A stretch of 64,000 bases of DNA from Gonapodya sp. JEL0774 (Eukaryota). Shown piece after piece: positions 38,312 through 50,524 of the stretch (positions are counted from its first letter, which is position 1; every line of letters starts with the position of its first letter). Below the pieces are notes generated by a model. The model was given only the letters and a program-made list of their open reading frames with translations. It had not been told where the DNA came from and searched no databases. A program made the position numbers and the translations under genes. The DNA is taken from positions 124,001-188,000 of the forward strand of contig JADIIX010000019.1 in the NCBI GenBank assembly GCA_027604505.1, in the 5' to 3' direction.

Positions 38312-40204
38312 TTAACGACTTGCCACAGCACCATATCTGCCAACAACTTCTTCATAGCTAGGTGGCGCACCACCGATTGCATCCAAAGCACCATGGCCCA
38401 CCTCAAACCCTGCACCAGCAGTCCGATCCAGTGTGGGAGCCAGTGCCTCAGCGCCACAGGTTGGTGTTGGGGCAGCTGGCCCCTCCCTTTGGGCAATCTC
38501 CAATTCTTCCAGGTCGCAACATCTGGAGAAAAAGGGGCAGCCACAGCAGATCGGACAGCAAATGAGCAGTGAGGTGATAAGGACAATAAACGGCGGCAGG
38601 AAGACATCGAGATAGAAAATGGTGTTGGAGGGTTTGTCAATGCTTATTGATGAATAGAAAGGGAAGGATCAGAAAATTGAAAGATGAAAAGCTGTGAGTT
38701 GACAACGAGAGAACTGACCTGAGTGAGAAGGAGTCGGGCATGGTGTAACCATGCGTTCCCGGCGGTGGTGCAACCGCAAGGAACGACACCGAGCCGACCG
38801 GCTTGTCGAAAAATGAGTAGGGGTCGCAGGAAATTACTGGGATCTGTCTGGTTTGGAACGGCATTCCTGAGTATGGTGACTGAACGATGTCGGAGATGTC
38901 GGAGCGATGATCAACAGACGACCCCCGGCAGACCGCTGTTGCACCAGCTGTAGAGTATGTAACGGCAGAGATGTGCACTGACGCGTTACCGCTGTGCGCG
39001 TAGGCGAGGGGTGATGCGGTGTACCTTCGATACCAAATCAAGAGTTCAGTAAAGCCACACAGCCTTTGTGAGCGAAGCGGAATGAAGGGTTTGATGTGGG
39101 CAGCTGAATTTGCTTCGAACGAGCCCCAGTGCTGCTTGACAACGCCAACCTCCTCCCTATCCCTCCGCCTAGTGACGCACAAGCTCACCACACAAAGTAG
39201 TACTCAGATCTGCTTCCAGCCTTTCCTGTCCAAGAGCCCTTCGCCGCTTGTCGCCGGTGCAAAGCATCGCTTGGGGGCTGACCAGTAGATGTGAAGAGGT
39301 CAAAAGAAGATGATGAGGAAAGACCGATAAAAACACTGGATGGCACAAAAATAGTGCGTTAGCATTGAAAATTTGAGGGAACGGTGTTTGGTCTTGTGAA
39401 GTCGGGCAAACGTGGCACTAACGGCGGAATATTCCAATCAGTCATATCCCATTCGACTTGCCACGTCGAGCCACGATAAAGATCAAATCTTAGATAACGG
39501 TACGACCCGCCTTCGGGTAAAGATATCTCTATCGTTTTGGTGAGAGGAAGAGTAAAGTTGAGGGAGGGAATCTGGTGGGATGACTGATACACGACGGATT
39601 CCAAAGCGGAATCTAATCGGTCTGGCACCACCGCCATGGTAGTTGAGGATACAAATCCTCCGAGTGTCGGAATGCTTGAATCGAAAACAAAGATTTGAAC
39701 CCCGTCGTCGACCAGGAACTCATAACCCAGTGTTGTCACCATGTCGCGACCAGGATCGATGAGAACGCGATCACCGGCTACAAGAGTAAGCTTCTCTGAG
39801 TGAGAGAGAGGGAAAATGACGGAAAGGGCTAGGAGGATCACGACTGCCAAGAAAATGCACGTGCAGGAAAGACAGCATGCAATTGACCGGCGCGGAGACC
39901 AGTTTCGTGCACGAGCACTCCCAAAAATAAGGACTTGCGGTGGAGATACATTTGACTGATCCAGCGGCGATGCAGTTGATGGGATGGGTTGATACCCCTG
40001 TCGCCGGCCACCCCATAACCACCATGCTGCCGCCGCTCCCGTGATCGCACCAGGAATAAGTACACTTTCGCGGCTACCGCTGTTGTTGTGATCCCACCGA
40101 TCGCGCCTATGGTGAACTGGGAAGGACGGAACAGAAGGGAAGCTCCCTCCACCATCACCTTGATTCGCTCCCCCGCCTCCACCAAAAAAGCCTGCTCCTT
40201 CCAT
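38312..40204 (-). CDS. Membrane protein with two predicted TM segments flanking a luminal domain (possibly APD1-type), Cys cluster and C-terminal PPxY
   Basis: 281-aa first exon with TM CIFLAVVILLALSVIF. Last exon has TM VFLPPFIVLITSLLI followed by CCPICCGC and APPSYEEVV. Internal exon boundaries uncertain. Confidence 0.65.
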
Positions 40205-40363
40205 GAAAGCTTAATGAAGGATCCAGTTACTGTAAAAAAATCGGTCAAAGTAACCCTTTGATCTGGCCGATCACAAAGTCAGTGTAAGAGAACAACTCTT
40301 GCACTTCTATATATGTAAAACTATGGTTCAAGATTTTAGTGGCAACAGAATCAGTATGTGTTG

Positions 40364-40445
40364 GTCGTTTTGGCCGAGTGGTTAAGGCGGCAGATTAGAA
40401 ATCTGCTGGGCTCTGCCCGCGTAGGTTCAAATCCTACAGACGACG
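40364..40445 (+). tRNA. tRNA-Ser (AGA)
   Basis: GTCGTTT/AGACGAC acceptor stem, TGGCCGAGTGGTTAAGGC D-arm, GCAGA-TTAGAAA-TCTGC anticodon arm, long variable arm, GTAGGTTCAAATCCTAC T-arm. T-rich terminator follows. Confidence 0.97.
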
Positions 40446-41305
40446 TTTCTTTTGTCGCCGTCCCTTTTCATCCTTTCCCCAAAGAAGGTGTGTGTGGCGT
40501 GATCTCTGCTCAGTGGCCGTCTCTCTCTTCCATCTCTATAAATCTCCACCTGTCCCTCATAGATTCCATTTACTCATTTATTGTCAATGCCCATGTTTCT
40601 CTCAAATGAGAGAATAGAGCAAAAAAGCGTCTCAAAATCCAAAATATTTGGGTTTTCGACTGTGAGACTTTCTCAGGGTGGATGGGTCACAGCCTGCGGC
40701 CATACAGCATCAACAAAGAGCGCTGTCACATACATATTATGACCCCTCCGATACCGATTTGCTTCCCGATCTGTGAAATCTTTGCTCGGAGCAGCCTTGC
40801 TTGTTTCGGAAGTTTTCAATCGAATCGGGCTGCTCTCCGTGTGGAAGTGGTGTTCCGGCACCTCCAGTGCCGGTTCATCTGACAAAAGTATCTTCATATC
40901 CGTAGAAACACAGAGGTGGCACAGCTCTCCACGCGTTGCAAAGAGGGAGATCGGACTTGGTGAGTGCCGCTAGGTGCCGCTTAGCTGGTATGGCAGAGGC
41001 TGGGGTGATTCAGTGGTGCTTGAGAGATGAGACTTCAGTGCTGATACTACTGCCCTGTTTTGTGTCGATTTCTGTTGCTTTGCACACGTTACTTCTAGAT
41101 CTTTCATTTTCACGATTTTCGCAGGAGAGAAGCAAGTTTGCAACATCATGTAAATGAGTGAAATGGAATGCCTGACAGTAACGTTGAAGAACTATCGGCC
41201 GTTTGATCATCGGTTGCTTAGTTAGCATGTACGGCGACAGGGGAAGGGGGGAGTATACCACGCGCAACAAGGACGGTGAGAGGTTGAAGCCCCGGAAAAA
41301 AGTAA

Positions 41306-41387
41306 CGTCGTCTGTAGGATTTGAACCTACGCGGGGAAACCCCAAGAGATTTCTAATCTCTCGCCTTAACCACTCGGCCAAGACGAC
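41306..41387 (-). tRNA. tRNA-Ser (AGA)
   Basis: Reverse strand GTCGTCTTGGCCGAGTGGTTAAGGCGAGAGATTAGAAATCTCTTGGGGTTTCCCCGCGTAGGTTCAAATCCTACAGACGACG followed by a T6 run. Confidence 0.97.
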
Positions 41388-41489
41388 TTTCAGATAGTGT
41401 TTACCAGTAAATAACAAATATAAATATAAAATTAATTCCTATTTGGTACAGTGCTCCGATTTCCCTCTGAGCATTAGCAAAATACAATC

Positions 41490-43727
41490 TCACTCCCCAA
41501 GTTGAATCCCAACCTCCGTCAACTTTGCCTCCACAACATTTTTCAATACTCTGTGTGCCTAATTAGCGGAGCAGAGGGTAGCGATGAGTTTACCCAACAA
41601 CATCCGCTCATTTGATACTAAACAAACCGTGGAACTCACTTTACTTGCCCTCTCAAGTTCGATTTTCAGTTCTCTGACCCTTCCATTTTTTTTATCCAAC
41701 AGCTTTTCCACTGTAGCCATAATACTCTTTGCTTTATCCACTGTGAGGGTAGCCTTGCCACTCGCACCAGGCGGAACGTCAGGGCGAGATAGCTCAGTTG
41801 CATGATTAGCAGGCTGTCTGTGACTTGTGCGGCGAGATGTCGGGGAGGCTTGTGATACGGTACGGAGTGGAGGAGGGAGCGACGCAAGTATTGCTGTGAG
41901 TTGAGCGTCCTTTAGGATGTGGTTTGAGTGTTTGATTCTGCAGATGAAAAGGATAAAGATTCTCCCCCTAAATTATTCTTGTACCTTCTTTTGGAGATCG
42001 TCGAGGATTTGTCGCGCAGCGCTCTCCAAAACCTGGAAAAGGGCGTAAAACTTCATCCTCAGAACCGTAAATTATCAGTAGTGGTCCCTCACCTTTCTTT
42101 GTGTATCTGCTCCACTGGTGTCGAGCGCTTGATTCATTCCTTCCGCCCATCCCCCGGCTAACCGACTTTGCTCCTCTTCCGCTGTCCTCATCCTCATATT
42201 CATCCTCTCGCACTCTATTTTTGCCTCTTCTACCTTTCTCTCCATTTCTTTGCATCGCTCTGTCACCATCTTGAGTGATGCTTTGAGCTTATCATAGTGG
42301 GTAAGGTCACGGCGAAGGTTGTCACAGGTAGCACGGGCTTGAGCGAGAGGTTGGCTGAGTGTTTTATTTTGGGCGAGAAGTGTTACGGTTTGTTGTGAGT
42401 GATTGGCAGATTGGGCGGACAAGCCGCTGGATTGATCCTGTGATTTGGTTGGGGTTTCTAAAACACACAAGCGAGGATCGCCATCAGCTTCACACTCTAC
42501 CTTAAGGGAGTTAATGAGAGCAAGGTTATTGAGGGTGATATCGTTGTAGTAAGTTTTCATTTCAGAAAAGGCTTTGTCGTGTCTGGTTTTAATGGTGTCG
42601 CAGCTCTCTTAGAAAACCGCAATCATGTGCCGCAGGGGCTTTGAGATATTCACTGTTTGGATAGCGTGCTCAGCTGCAAATTTTTTCGTTCCTCGATTTC
42701 ATGAACCTCGGTCTTCATTCTTAACTCCAAATCCTCTCGGAGCTCCTTGATCCTCCCCTCCCATGTCTCAAGTAGCTTGTCCTCCTTTCCTCTCAGTTCA
42801 TCTTTCACTTCCTGAATCTCTTCCGCCATGCTTTTCTTCATCTTTCTGACTTCCTCTTCTTGTTCTGCTTGTAATTCCCGTGCTCCTCGTTTGAGGATTC
42901 GTTTTTCTGCTATGAGCTGGTCAGCCCTGTGAGCTGCTTCGGCGGAAATTTCAGTAGCACGTGAACCATGCTCTCGGTGATGGTGGTCAACAGCGTGAGA
43001 GAATTCAAATAACATGTGCTTTACTTTTTGTTTGTAGACCTGCGAACAAGATGTTGATGAGCGAAGAGTGAGATCCGAAAACTGCAGACCCATTTTTATC
43101 GTTTGCCATCTTTCGCAATTGCCCAAACCACCAACTTAGTTTCGAATTCCCCAGTTTCGTGGCATTGGGCCTCCGTGTGGAACCCTACTGGGTCACGAGT
43201 AACCCACGAACCTTGATCAGCAGTTGATGCTCTTCCTCCCCTTCTTCAAGTTCTCGCTCTTTATTGAAAACCGAAGCTTGGGATTCATTGAGCTCTTTAT
43301 CCCAGATTGCTTGAAATGTTGCTATTTGATCCTATGGGAGAACGACAATCCATTAGCACCAGAAGAGAAGGTCGAACTAGGAGTCCAATCACCCACCCTT
43401 TCCACCTTAAAGAAGTTACGTTCCTCGGAAAGCTGCCTCGCCTCGTCCTGAAGCTTTTTGAGCGTCGCAACTAGTTGTTCGTCTGTCATTGCCTCCAAAG
43501 CTGCTGGATCGATTTCATTTTTGAGCGTGGCTGAGGAAGTATCCTACACAATTTGATTCGACGTGTCTGATTAAGCGGGTTTGACCAGAGAAATTCATTA
43601 CAAGCGAATGGAAGAGGATGTGTTCAGGTAGGTGCAGCCGGCTCAAAGATGTACTCAAATGAGACCCATTTATTGCGATCTTGCTGTGAGAGTATGTCCG
43701 AATTGCTTCAAAGCCGGTACGCACCAT
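41490..43727 (-). CDS. GAS8: Growth-arrest-specific 8 / dynein regulatory complex subunit 4
   Basis: EERNFFKVER, VYKQKVKHMLFE, LELRMKTEVHEIEERKN, AFSEMKTYYNDITLNNLALINSLK, NKTLSQPL. Last exon AHRVLKNVVEAKLTEVGI..*. Start position tentative. Confidence 0.88.
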
Positions 43728-43898
43728 GTTTGGGTTTGGCTACAGGAAGATGAATCGGAGAGGTCCAACGACAGAAGGTGAACCTACGCTTACAAGGTTG
43801 AGATTTATTGTCAGATCGTAGAGAAAGACAGGGAAATTCAAAGATGGGTTGCAGAGCTTCGCGGACACCCTTCACTTCGCAGGACCTGCGATCACACC

Positions 43899-44894
43899 AT
43901 GAAAGCAATAAATCGTTGTCCATACGAACAACGACCAGTACTGATGCCACATCTTCCTCTTCCACCACCACCTCACATTGTTGCTACACTTCAAAACCCA
44001 CCGCGATCAATCATACCGTTGCTGAATCCTCAATTCGTAACTGTGTTCAATGCACTCGGGGATTCGGGCCATGAAAGCCTCACTCGACTACTACCCGCTC
44101 CTTTCAAGTTAGCTGGACCTTCGATATGGACAGTTCCTCTCTTGAGTGAAATCGGGGCCATGAGAATAGTGGACTTCTTTGTCGGTAATACATTTTGTCT
44201 GATGCAGCGGATATAATTGGTGTCACGACATAAATTTTACCGAACGCCTGATGCTCGCTTCTTAGAGACAGCCTTCTACTTCCCTGGCTCTCGAACATAA
44301 ACGATATGTTCTATCGGACAGCTGCTCCCCCTGGCGGCACTGCATGACCGAACTTTTTGGGATCATGCGAACACTAGCGCCTCTTATGTTTCCCGAAAAT
44401 GAAGAAAGTACAAAGTGGATGTGGCCAGACATAGGGGACATGGTGGGACAGTTGAACATGGCTCGGTCCGAATCCCATCCTTTTCAATTGGTTCGCTCCA
44501 TCAGTCCTTTGAAGCATCTCAATTTTTCTTGGTCAAGTACGTCCCGGACCCGTCCGATCCTGTGAATGGTGGAGGGCTAAAAATGCTTTCAAAACATTTT
44601 GACAAGGTGAGATTTGACCCTCACTATGGTTCGATTTTTCAGTCTCCCATCCACCTCCCCATCGTAATAATTTAGTGTTCTGTCACACTCAATCTGTGCC
44701 TCGGACTTCTACCCAATCCGTCGGGCTTCCGGGGTTCCGAGCTTTATTTCTATGCACATTCAGAACACATCAACCCTATTCTGACATATCGACATGAACC
44801 GGGGCGCTGTGTACTGCACCTTGGTGGCATCTGGCACGCTGTTTCGGAAGTAGAAGTGGGGGAAAGGTGGAATCTTATAGCATTTTTGAGATGA
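43899..44894 (+). CDS. OGFOD2-like 2-oxoglutarate/Fe(II) oxygenase, 4 exons
   Basis: Spliced IWTVPLL, FFLVKY, HFD (HxD), CSVTLNLCLG, FRGSELYF, GRCVLHLGGIWH, GERWNLIAFLR*. Start may be 43944. Confidence 0.8.
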
Positions 44895-45338
44895 GTTGTG
44901 AGTGGAGACAATTAATTCGGGAGGAGGTCCAAATCGCGTCTGACGGTGCACAGGGATTCTGGGTTACAAATGAAGAAACACTGAGTAGAAGAATAACATG
45001 GTGTCAGAACTACACTGCATGCGAAATTATCTTTTGAATAATCGTTGGCCAGCACAACCCCACCCTCATTGAACCACCAACAGACCAAAGTCTCAGCAGT
45101 TCAATCTCGCGATCCCGGCCATCACCACTTTCACAGTTGCAAGGCCAAACTAACGGTCTTGAAATTTTTGGGAAATCGCAAATGAACGACACCGTAGGGG
45201 TCGGATCGCAAATCATCCAAGCAACTCCCGACGTGCCTGAAACGTCACTCCCCAGTCCGCCGTTCCCGCATCCGATTGATCACTTTGATGTCCACGTCGT
45301 GAGTAGTCCGGTGGTTGTGAAGATGTTTGAGCGTGTTC

Positions 45339-45947
45339 TCATGTCTGCCCGATTGTTTGCTTCATGACGAGTAGTACTTCAAGCAGTACAATAAACAGGA
45401 GGTATGTTTCATCTGGATATGCTGAACGGGAATCATTTCTGTTTGACGATCTGAATAGGTCGAATTCGCTCGACGCTTGTACGAGGAAATTGTCCAAACT
45501 TTTCCCTACTTGCGAAGGTGGCCCATCCACGAGACACCACGAGGACCCCACATCACCGGGATGTTCGAAATCGACGTAGTGACCCCACTTGAGTACGGAA
45601 CGTTTTTGCCATGGTTGCTGACTAGGCGCGGTAAAGTGTAATCTGATACCACCATCCCATGGAGCGTTGAAGTGTAATGGAAAATCGTGGGCGTGTAACA
45701 GGTGATCTTTCAGTTCTGGTCCATCCTCATTTGAAGAAGGAATCCATAGTGGGAAAGAATAGATTAGAAGTTGAGATTGAAGATCACACAAAGTGAGTTT
45801 TACGACGTTTAGTTGTTCCATGGAGCTCTTCCCGCCGTATTTTTGACAACTATTGCGTCTATATGGCAGATATGCCGCGTGGTTTGGTGAAAGAATTCCG
45901 CTTGACCTGACTTTCCAGGGAAACGCGGAGCAGATGTCAAGAATCAT
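45339..45947 (-). CDS. Hypothetical protein (unassigned 202-aa ORF)
   Basis: Long ORF filling the gap between the oxygenase and CCDC146. No recognised motif. Confidence 0.3.
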   Translation of the reverse strand: MILDICSAFPWKVRSSGILSPNHAAYLPYRRNSCQKYGGKSSMEQLNVVKLTLCDLQSQLLIYSFPLWIPSSNEDGPELKDHLLHAHDFPLHFNAPWDGGIRLHFTAPSQQPWQKRSVLKWGHYVDFEHPGDVGSSWCLVDGPPSQVGKSLDNFLVQASSEFDLFRSSNRNDSRSAYPDETYLLFIVLLEVLLVMKQTIGQT

Positions 45948-46111
45948 TGCATAGCTTCAAACGGGATGCATCTGTTAGATAAAGTTAGGGCATTTTTTGA
46001 TACATGAACTATCAGTCTAAGACCAGCCAATCATCATGAGCCATGGAATGTGATTATGTTCAGGAATAACGAACATCACACAACTGTGTGTGATTCCCAA
46101 CTACAAAGCTC

Positions 46112-49100
46112 ATGGATTCTCCGAACGAAATGGACACGACAAACCCCGGTACGCCTGCGGTACAACAACTGCAGCTCACAGTACCCGTTCCGACGGTTGA
46201 ATCGTCGCGACCGACCCCATCTCCCCCAATTGTTGCCTCTCCCAATCCCCAGCTCGGACAGCTCAGACCACCTGTAAATGAAACACTCAGTCAAAACTCT
46301 GCGCCAAATGCTCCGCTGTTCTCTGCATCGGGTTCGGAGCTGCCTCTCACAATCCGTCCAGATGAGGACGATGATGCAGACCTCTACAGTGGTTTGTTTG
46401 ACATCGAACAGACTCCGGCTCTCCGAATGATCGAACAGATTAAGAAGAATAGGGACTTGCCAGTCGAGAAGTGAGTGATCGTGTATTGGGTGAGCAAGTT
46501 GGTGGACGGGACATACAGAAGTCACCGGATGCACGAGCACAGATAAGGTGCGGAAGACATGTATGGCACAAAGCAGATAGTATAGAAGTAATTGCACGGG
46601 AAGTGAGTGAACGAAGCGTTGCAATGTTACCCGATTGAGTGGTACCAGTTGGCTTCGGGAAGCGGCATTGTTGCTCTGTTACCAGTCCAGACGCCTTTGC
46701 TCATGGCACTGTGCCCATTCTATCGAGACCAGCCAAATCTTCTTCCGATGAACAGCACGAAAGGTGCGGCAGGAACGGAGCCACAATTGCAATTATTCCT
46801 GAAATGGAATACACGTCATGGCTTGTGCTTTCACTATTGCTTCTGGGATTTCTTGTTTCCTGTTTCTGCCATGCCGGAGGTGCTTCCTTGCATAACTTCC
46901 TACCTCTCTGAAGGATCGAAGACCTGCGTCAGCGATTCCTATCCCTCCACTCCCACCTTTTGTCCTCCATAAAGTATGAGCGCTCGCTGCACCAAACTAC
47001 CAACCGTATTTCTCGCAAAGTTGCATCACAGAAAGTCGATGCCGACCGCTCGACGGCACGTTCCTTCCAAGAGTCCTCTGGTATTGGTGAGCTGAAGAGG
47101 GAGCTAACAAAGGCACAAAATGAAGTTGCGCTTTGTCTCGAGCGCGAGGCTCGCCTTGAAAAGGAAATCGAAGACACCCAACGTGAAAAGACGCAGCTCC
47201 TGTCGGACATTGAAGGTATTCGGCGGCACAAGCAAGACATGCTCGAACCCCAACTCATTCAATCCACAAAGGAGCTCAAACTAGAGGTTCTCCAGAGACG
47301 ACACCAAGTGGAGAATCTTCAGAAAGACCTTGAGGAAAAGGAAGGCACTTGTGCGACGATATCACATGAGCGCGAACTCTTAGAAGCTGATCGCGAGAGA
47401 CACGCCGCAGCACTCACCAAGAGTGCAGAGATGCCACTCAAGATTCAAAAACAGTCTGCGGTGCTCATCGACGCTTTGTCTTCACTTGGGAGCGAGCTCA
47501 ATGCTCAGACAAACCAGTCGGGACAACTGGAACAGTCACTGGCTAATCTCCAAAAAAGAAAACGGGAACTCGAAGACACAAAGCTCGATCTTCTCGCTGA
47601 CGTAGAAACTCGTAAGGGTGAAGCGCGGGAGCTGGAAAAGGCGTGTGAAGATATCACTAAAGATTTGGAGATAGCGAAAGAGCAAGTGGTGACCCAGAGA
47701 GCAGAGAAAGTCAGGCTTGAGGCTGCTGGGAAACGAATCATTCAAGAGGTGAGTGCCCAACCTAATCTATTGCAGTTTGAAGTCGTTCTTATCAGGGATA
47801 GCCGCTAGCTCTAATCTATATTGCCTTGTATATAGGCGAAGCGGGAGCACGATCGCCTACTTCGTTCTCTTCGCGATAAGGACACTGCCCTCAAACTGAA
47901 TCGCCGACTCACGAACTCTCTTAATGCCCTTCTTGCGGCAATTCCCCCCGTAAAGAACCATCTTGTGGATCTCGACCACGACGCTAATTCTTGTGCTCGG
48001 GAGCGTGCGCATCGAGCTCAAGAGCAAATCGCAGCTCGGCGTGAGACCGATATTTTGCTGCACCATGTCGTTAAAACCAAAGGTGTGGATGAGGAGAAGA
48101 GGACACTCGTTGAGTCTGAGCAGGAGAAGATTGCAAACCTGGAGACAGAACTAGATCGAGCCACCAAAGAGCTCTCTGGAACGCGAACACGCCTTGTATC
48201 CGTGTCTTTGGAGAGGACTTTGCGAGCACGCGATTTACTTCGCGCTCAGGCTCGGTTGAGACGTGCGAGGGAAGACTTGGCCGCCACAATAGCATCCCTT
48301 ACAGATGCACAGGAGTCGTGTGAGGAAGCCATGCACAACGTGCATGAATTTGCAGCTATGTATGAGGTTGTTAAAGCGGAGAGGAACAGGTACGCGGAGA
48401 TGGTGAGGTCCGCGGGTCAGAGGTGCCAAGAGGTGGAAGAGAAACTCAAAGTTTTGGGCAATGAAGCCGAGGTGGTCAAAGGGGAGGTAGAGACAAAAGA
48501 GAGGGAGCTTGGAGTGAGTGTATGATCGCTTAGTTTTGACATTGCTCTTCAGGAACTATATAATTCTCTCGTCGGTTAGAAACAAAAACGAGAGAATGCG
48601 GCCGCGTATGCACTGCGGGACACGATGAGAAATGAAGCAAACAAAGCGCAGGCAATATTTGGTGATAAAAGAGGCGAGTTACACACTCAGTGTGATCACC
48701 TCACTGTCAAATCACGAGGTGGGCGGAACCCTCACGGATTCGTCGTCTTCAGACCAGATCGCCCAGCACGTATCACGCATCGCGACTCTGACGACAAGGA
48801 TCTCTTCTGCGGAGGCGGTTATATCTACAGCATCCAAAACGCTGTCTCGCTATGTTTGTGAAAGAGATGGACTGGCAGCGAATGTTTCTGATCGCAACAG
48901 GGATTTGAAAGAATGCCGCGAAAAGCTGGAGGCCATGCAAGATTATATAAGGAATGGAGAGGAGGCGGGGATGCAGGTGGAGGAGGACATTTCCAAGATC
49001 CGAACAGCACTAAAGGGAATCGAACGCAGCATCCAGGTCGGCCACAAGTTTCGAGTGGAAACGGAGGAACTGGAGAGGCGGGCTGAGCAGATCACGGGGG

Positions 49101-50035
49101 AACTGCAGGAGGTACGCAAGCGTGTGGACGTGCTCGGTGATACCGTGGAGACTCCAACTGGAGAGCAAGCAAAGGAGAGGGTACGACATCTTGGCGGGAA
49201 AGATCCTTCGCAACAGGAATTGTCCAAGCGAATTCGATTTTTGGAAGAGAAGCTGGCGGAAACTGAGGAAAAGTTGTTGGAAAAGGACTTGGTGCTTGAG
49301 GAAGTAGAAGATTTGGTGGGGAGAGTTGAAGCGGATGTTGAAGACGGGAAATCGGTCACGGGATCAATTGTGGTCAAGGTGATTGATTCCATTTTGATTG
49401 TTCAAGGGAAGAAGGGCTCACCTGATCTACGACCTCTCCACATGCAGGTAAACGAGCTTCAACGACGTATTAAAGCCATGACTCGGTCTGTGACGTCGTG
49501 TGTCTCGGAGCTGTCCATGCACCAAGCCTTGGCGATGACACTATATCGTGAGCTATGTGACAAAGAGGCTCTAATTACAGAAGCCCGCACTCGTGTGGAC
49601 CGAGGCGAAGCCCCCACACCAGAGGTTGAGGTTGAGTATGTTAAAGCGGAACGGCGCAGAGTCTCCAAGGAGCAGGAGCTACGCGAGATTGAGGAGAAGA
49701 GGAGGAAGGAAACAAGTGCGGGGGTCGTTGAAGTGTGAGTGCAACGTCTGTTAAAATCCCATTATTCTTCTCACAATGTAAAATCTCGACTCACTTCCGT
49801 ATGCAGGGACGATGATGGCTTCTTTGTTATTTCAGCTACAACGCGAACTCTCGCCGAGCCCAGACCCAACGCATACGTGACCGATGCCATTACAATTGGA
49901 AGTAGTGGTATTTCGGAACTGCCCATTCCAAAACCGTATGGCGCATACGCTCCCTTCAAACCTGTAGATGTGGGGACGGGAAGCCATTTGCAGCGGTATT
50001 ATAGGAAGCCAATTAATCAACCTGTGGAGATTTAG
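46112..50035 (+). CDS. CCDC146: Coiled-coil domain-containing protein 146 (MBO2-like axonemal/centriolar protein)
   Basis: Long coiled-coil exons, [46 protein letters not shown], and the diagnostic tail [34 protein letters not shown]. Confidence 0.9.
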
Positions 50036-50524
50036 ATTGACCTCTCCGACTGTTGGAGATGAAAATCATATTACGGTAAATATCCCGATTGTTGTGCCAA
50101 CGTCCATTTTCCACCACGCTGTGCTATTTGTGTTATATGTAACAGCCAGGGCAGAAGAACGGGGGCTCTGCTTTTGAAAATACGATCCACTGAAACAGTG
50201 GAGTTATGTTGGGTCTCCACTTAAGTTTGTTATTTGCTTGAATTGAAAAGCACAGAAGTGCGATAAATAATGATCTGCAGAACTAACACGCACTGCAAGC
50301 TGCCCAGACCAGACCGCAACCCCGATCTGGGAGGCGCGGATGCCTCTCCCTGTTGAGTGTGATCTTGGTTCTTTCGTTTGTCCTTCTGACTGGCAGATTC
50401 ACAACTGGACAGCGTACGAGAAACCGATTGGACTGGACTTGGAGAGTGGCGTGGTGTTCAGACATTGCTATCTCGCTCCTTCCACCACCTCCGTCTTTCA
50501 TCACCAAATCCTCTTCCATTTCTT

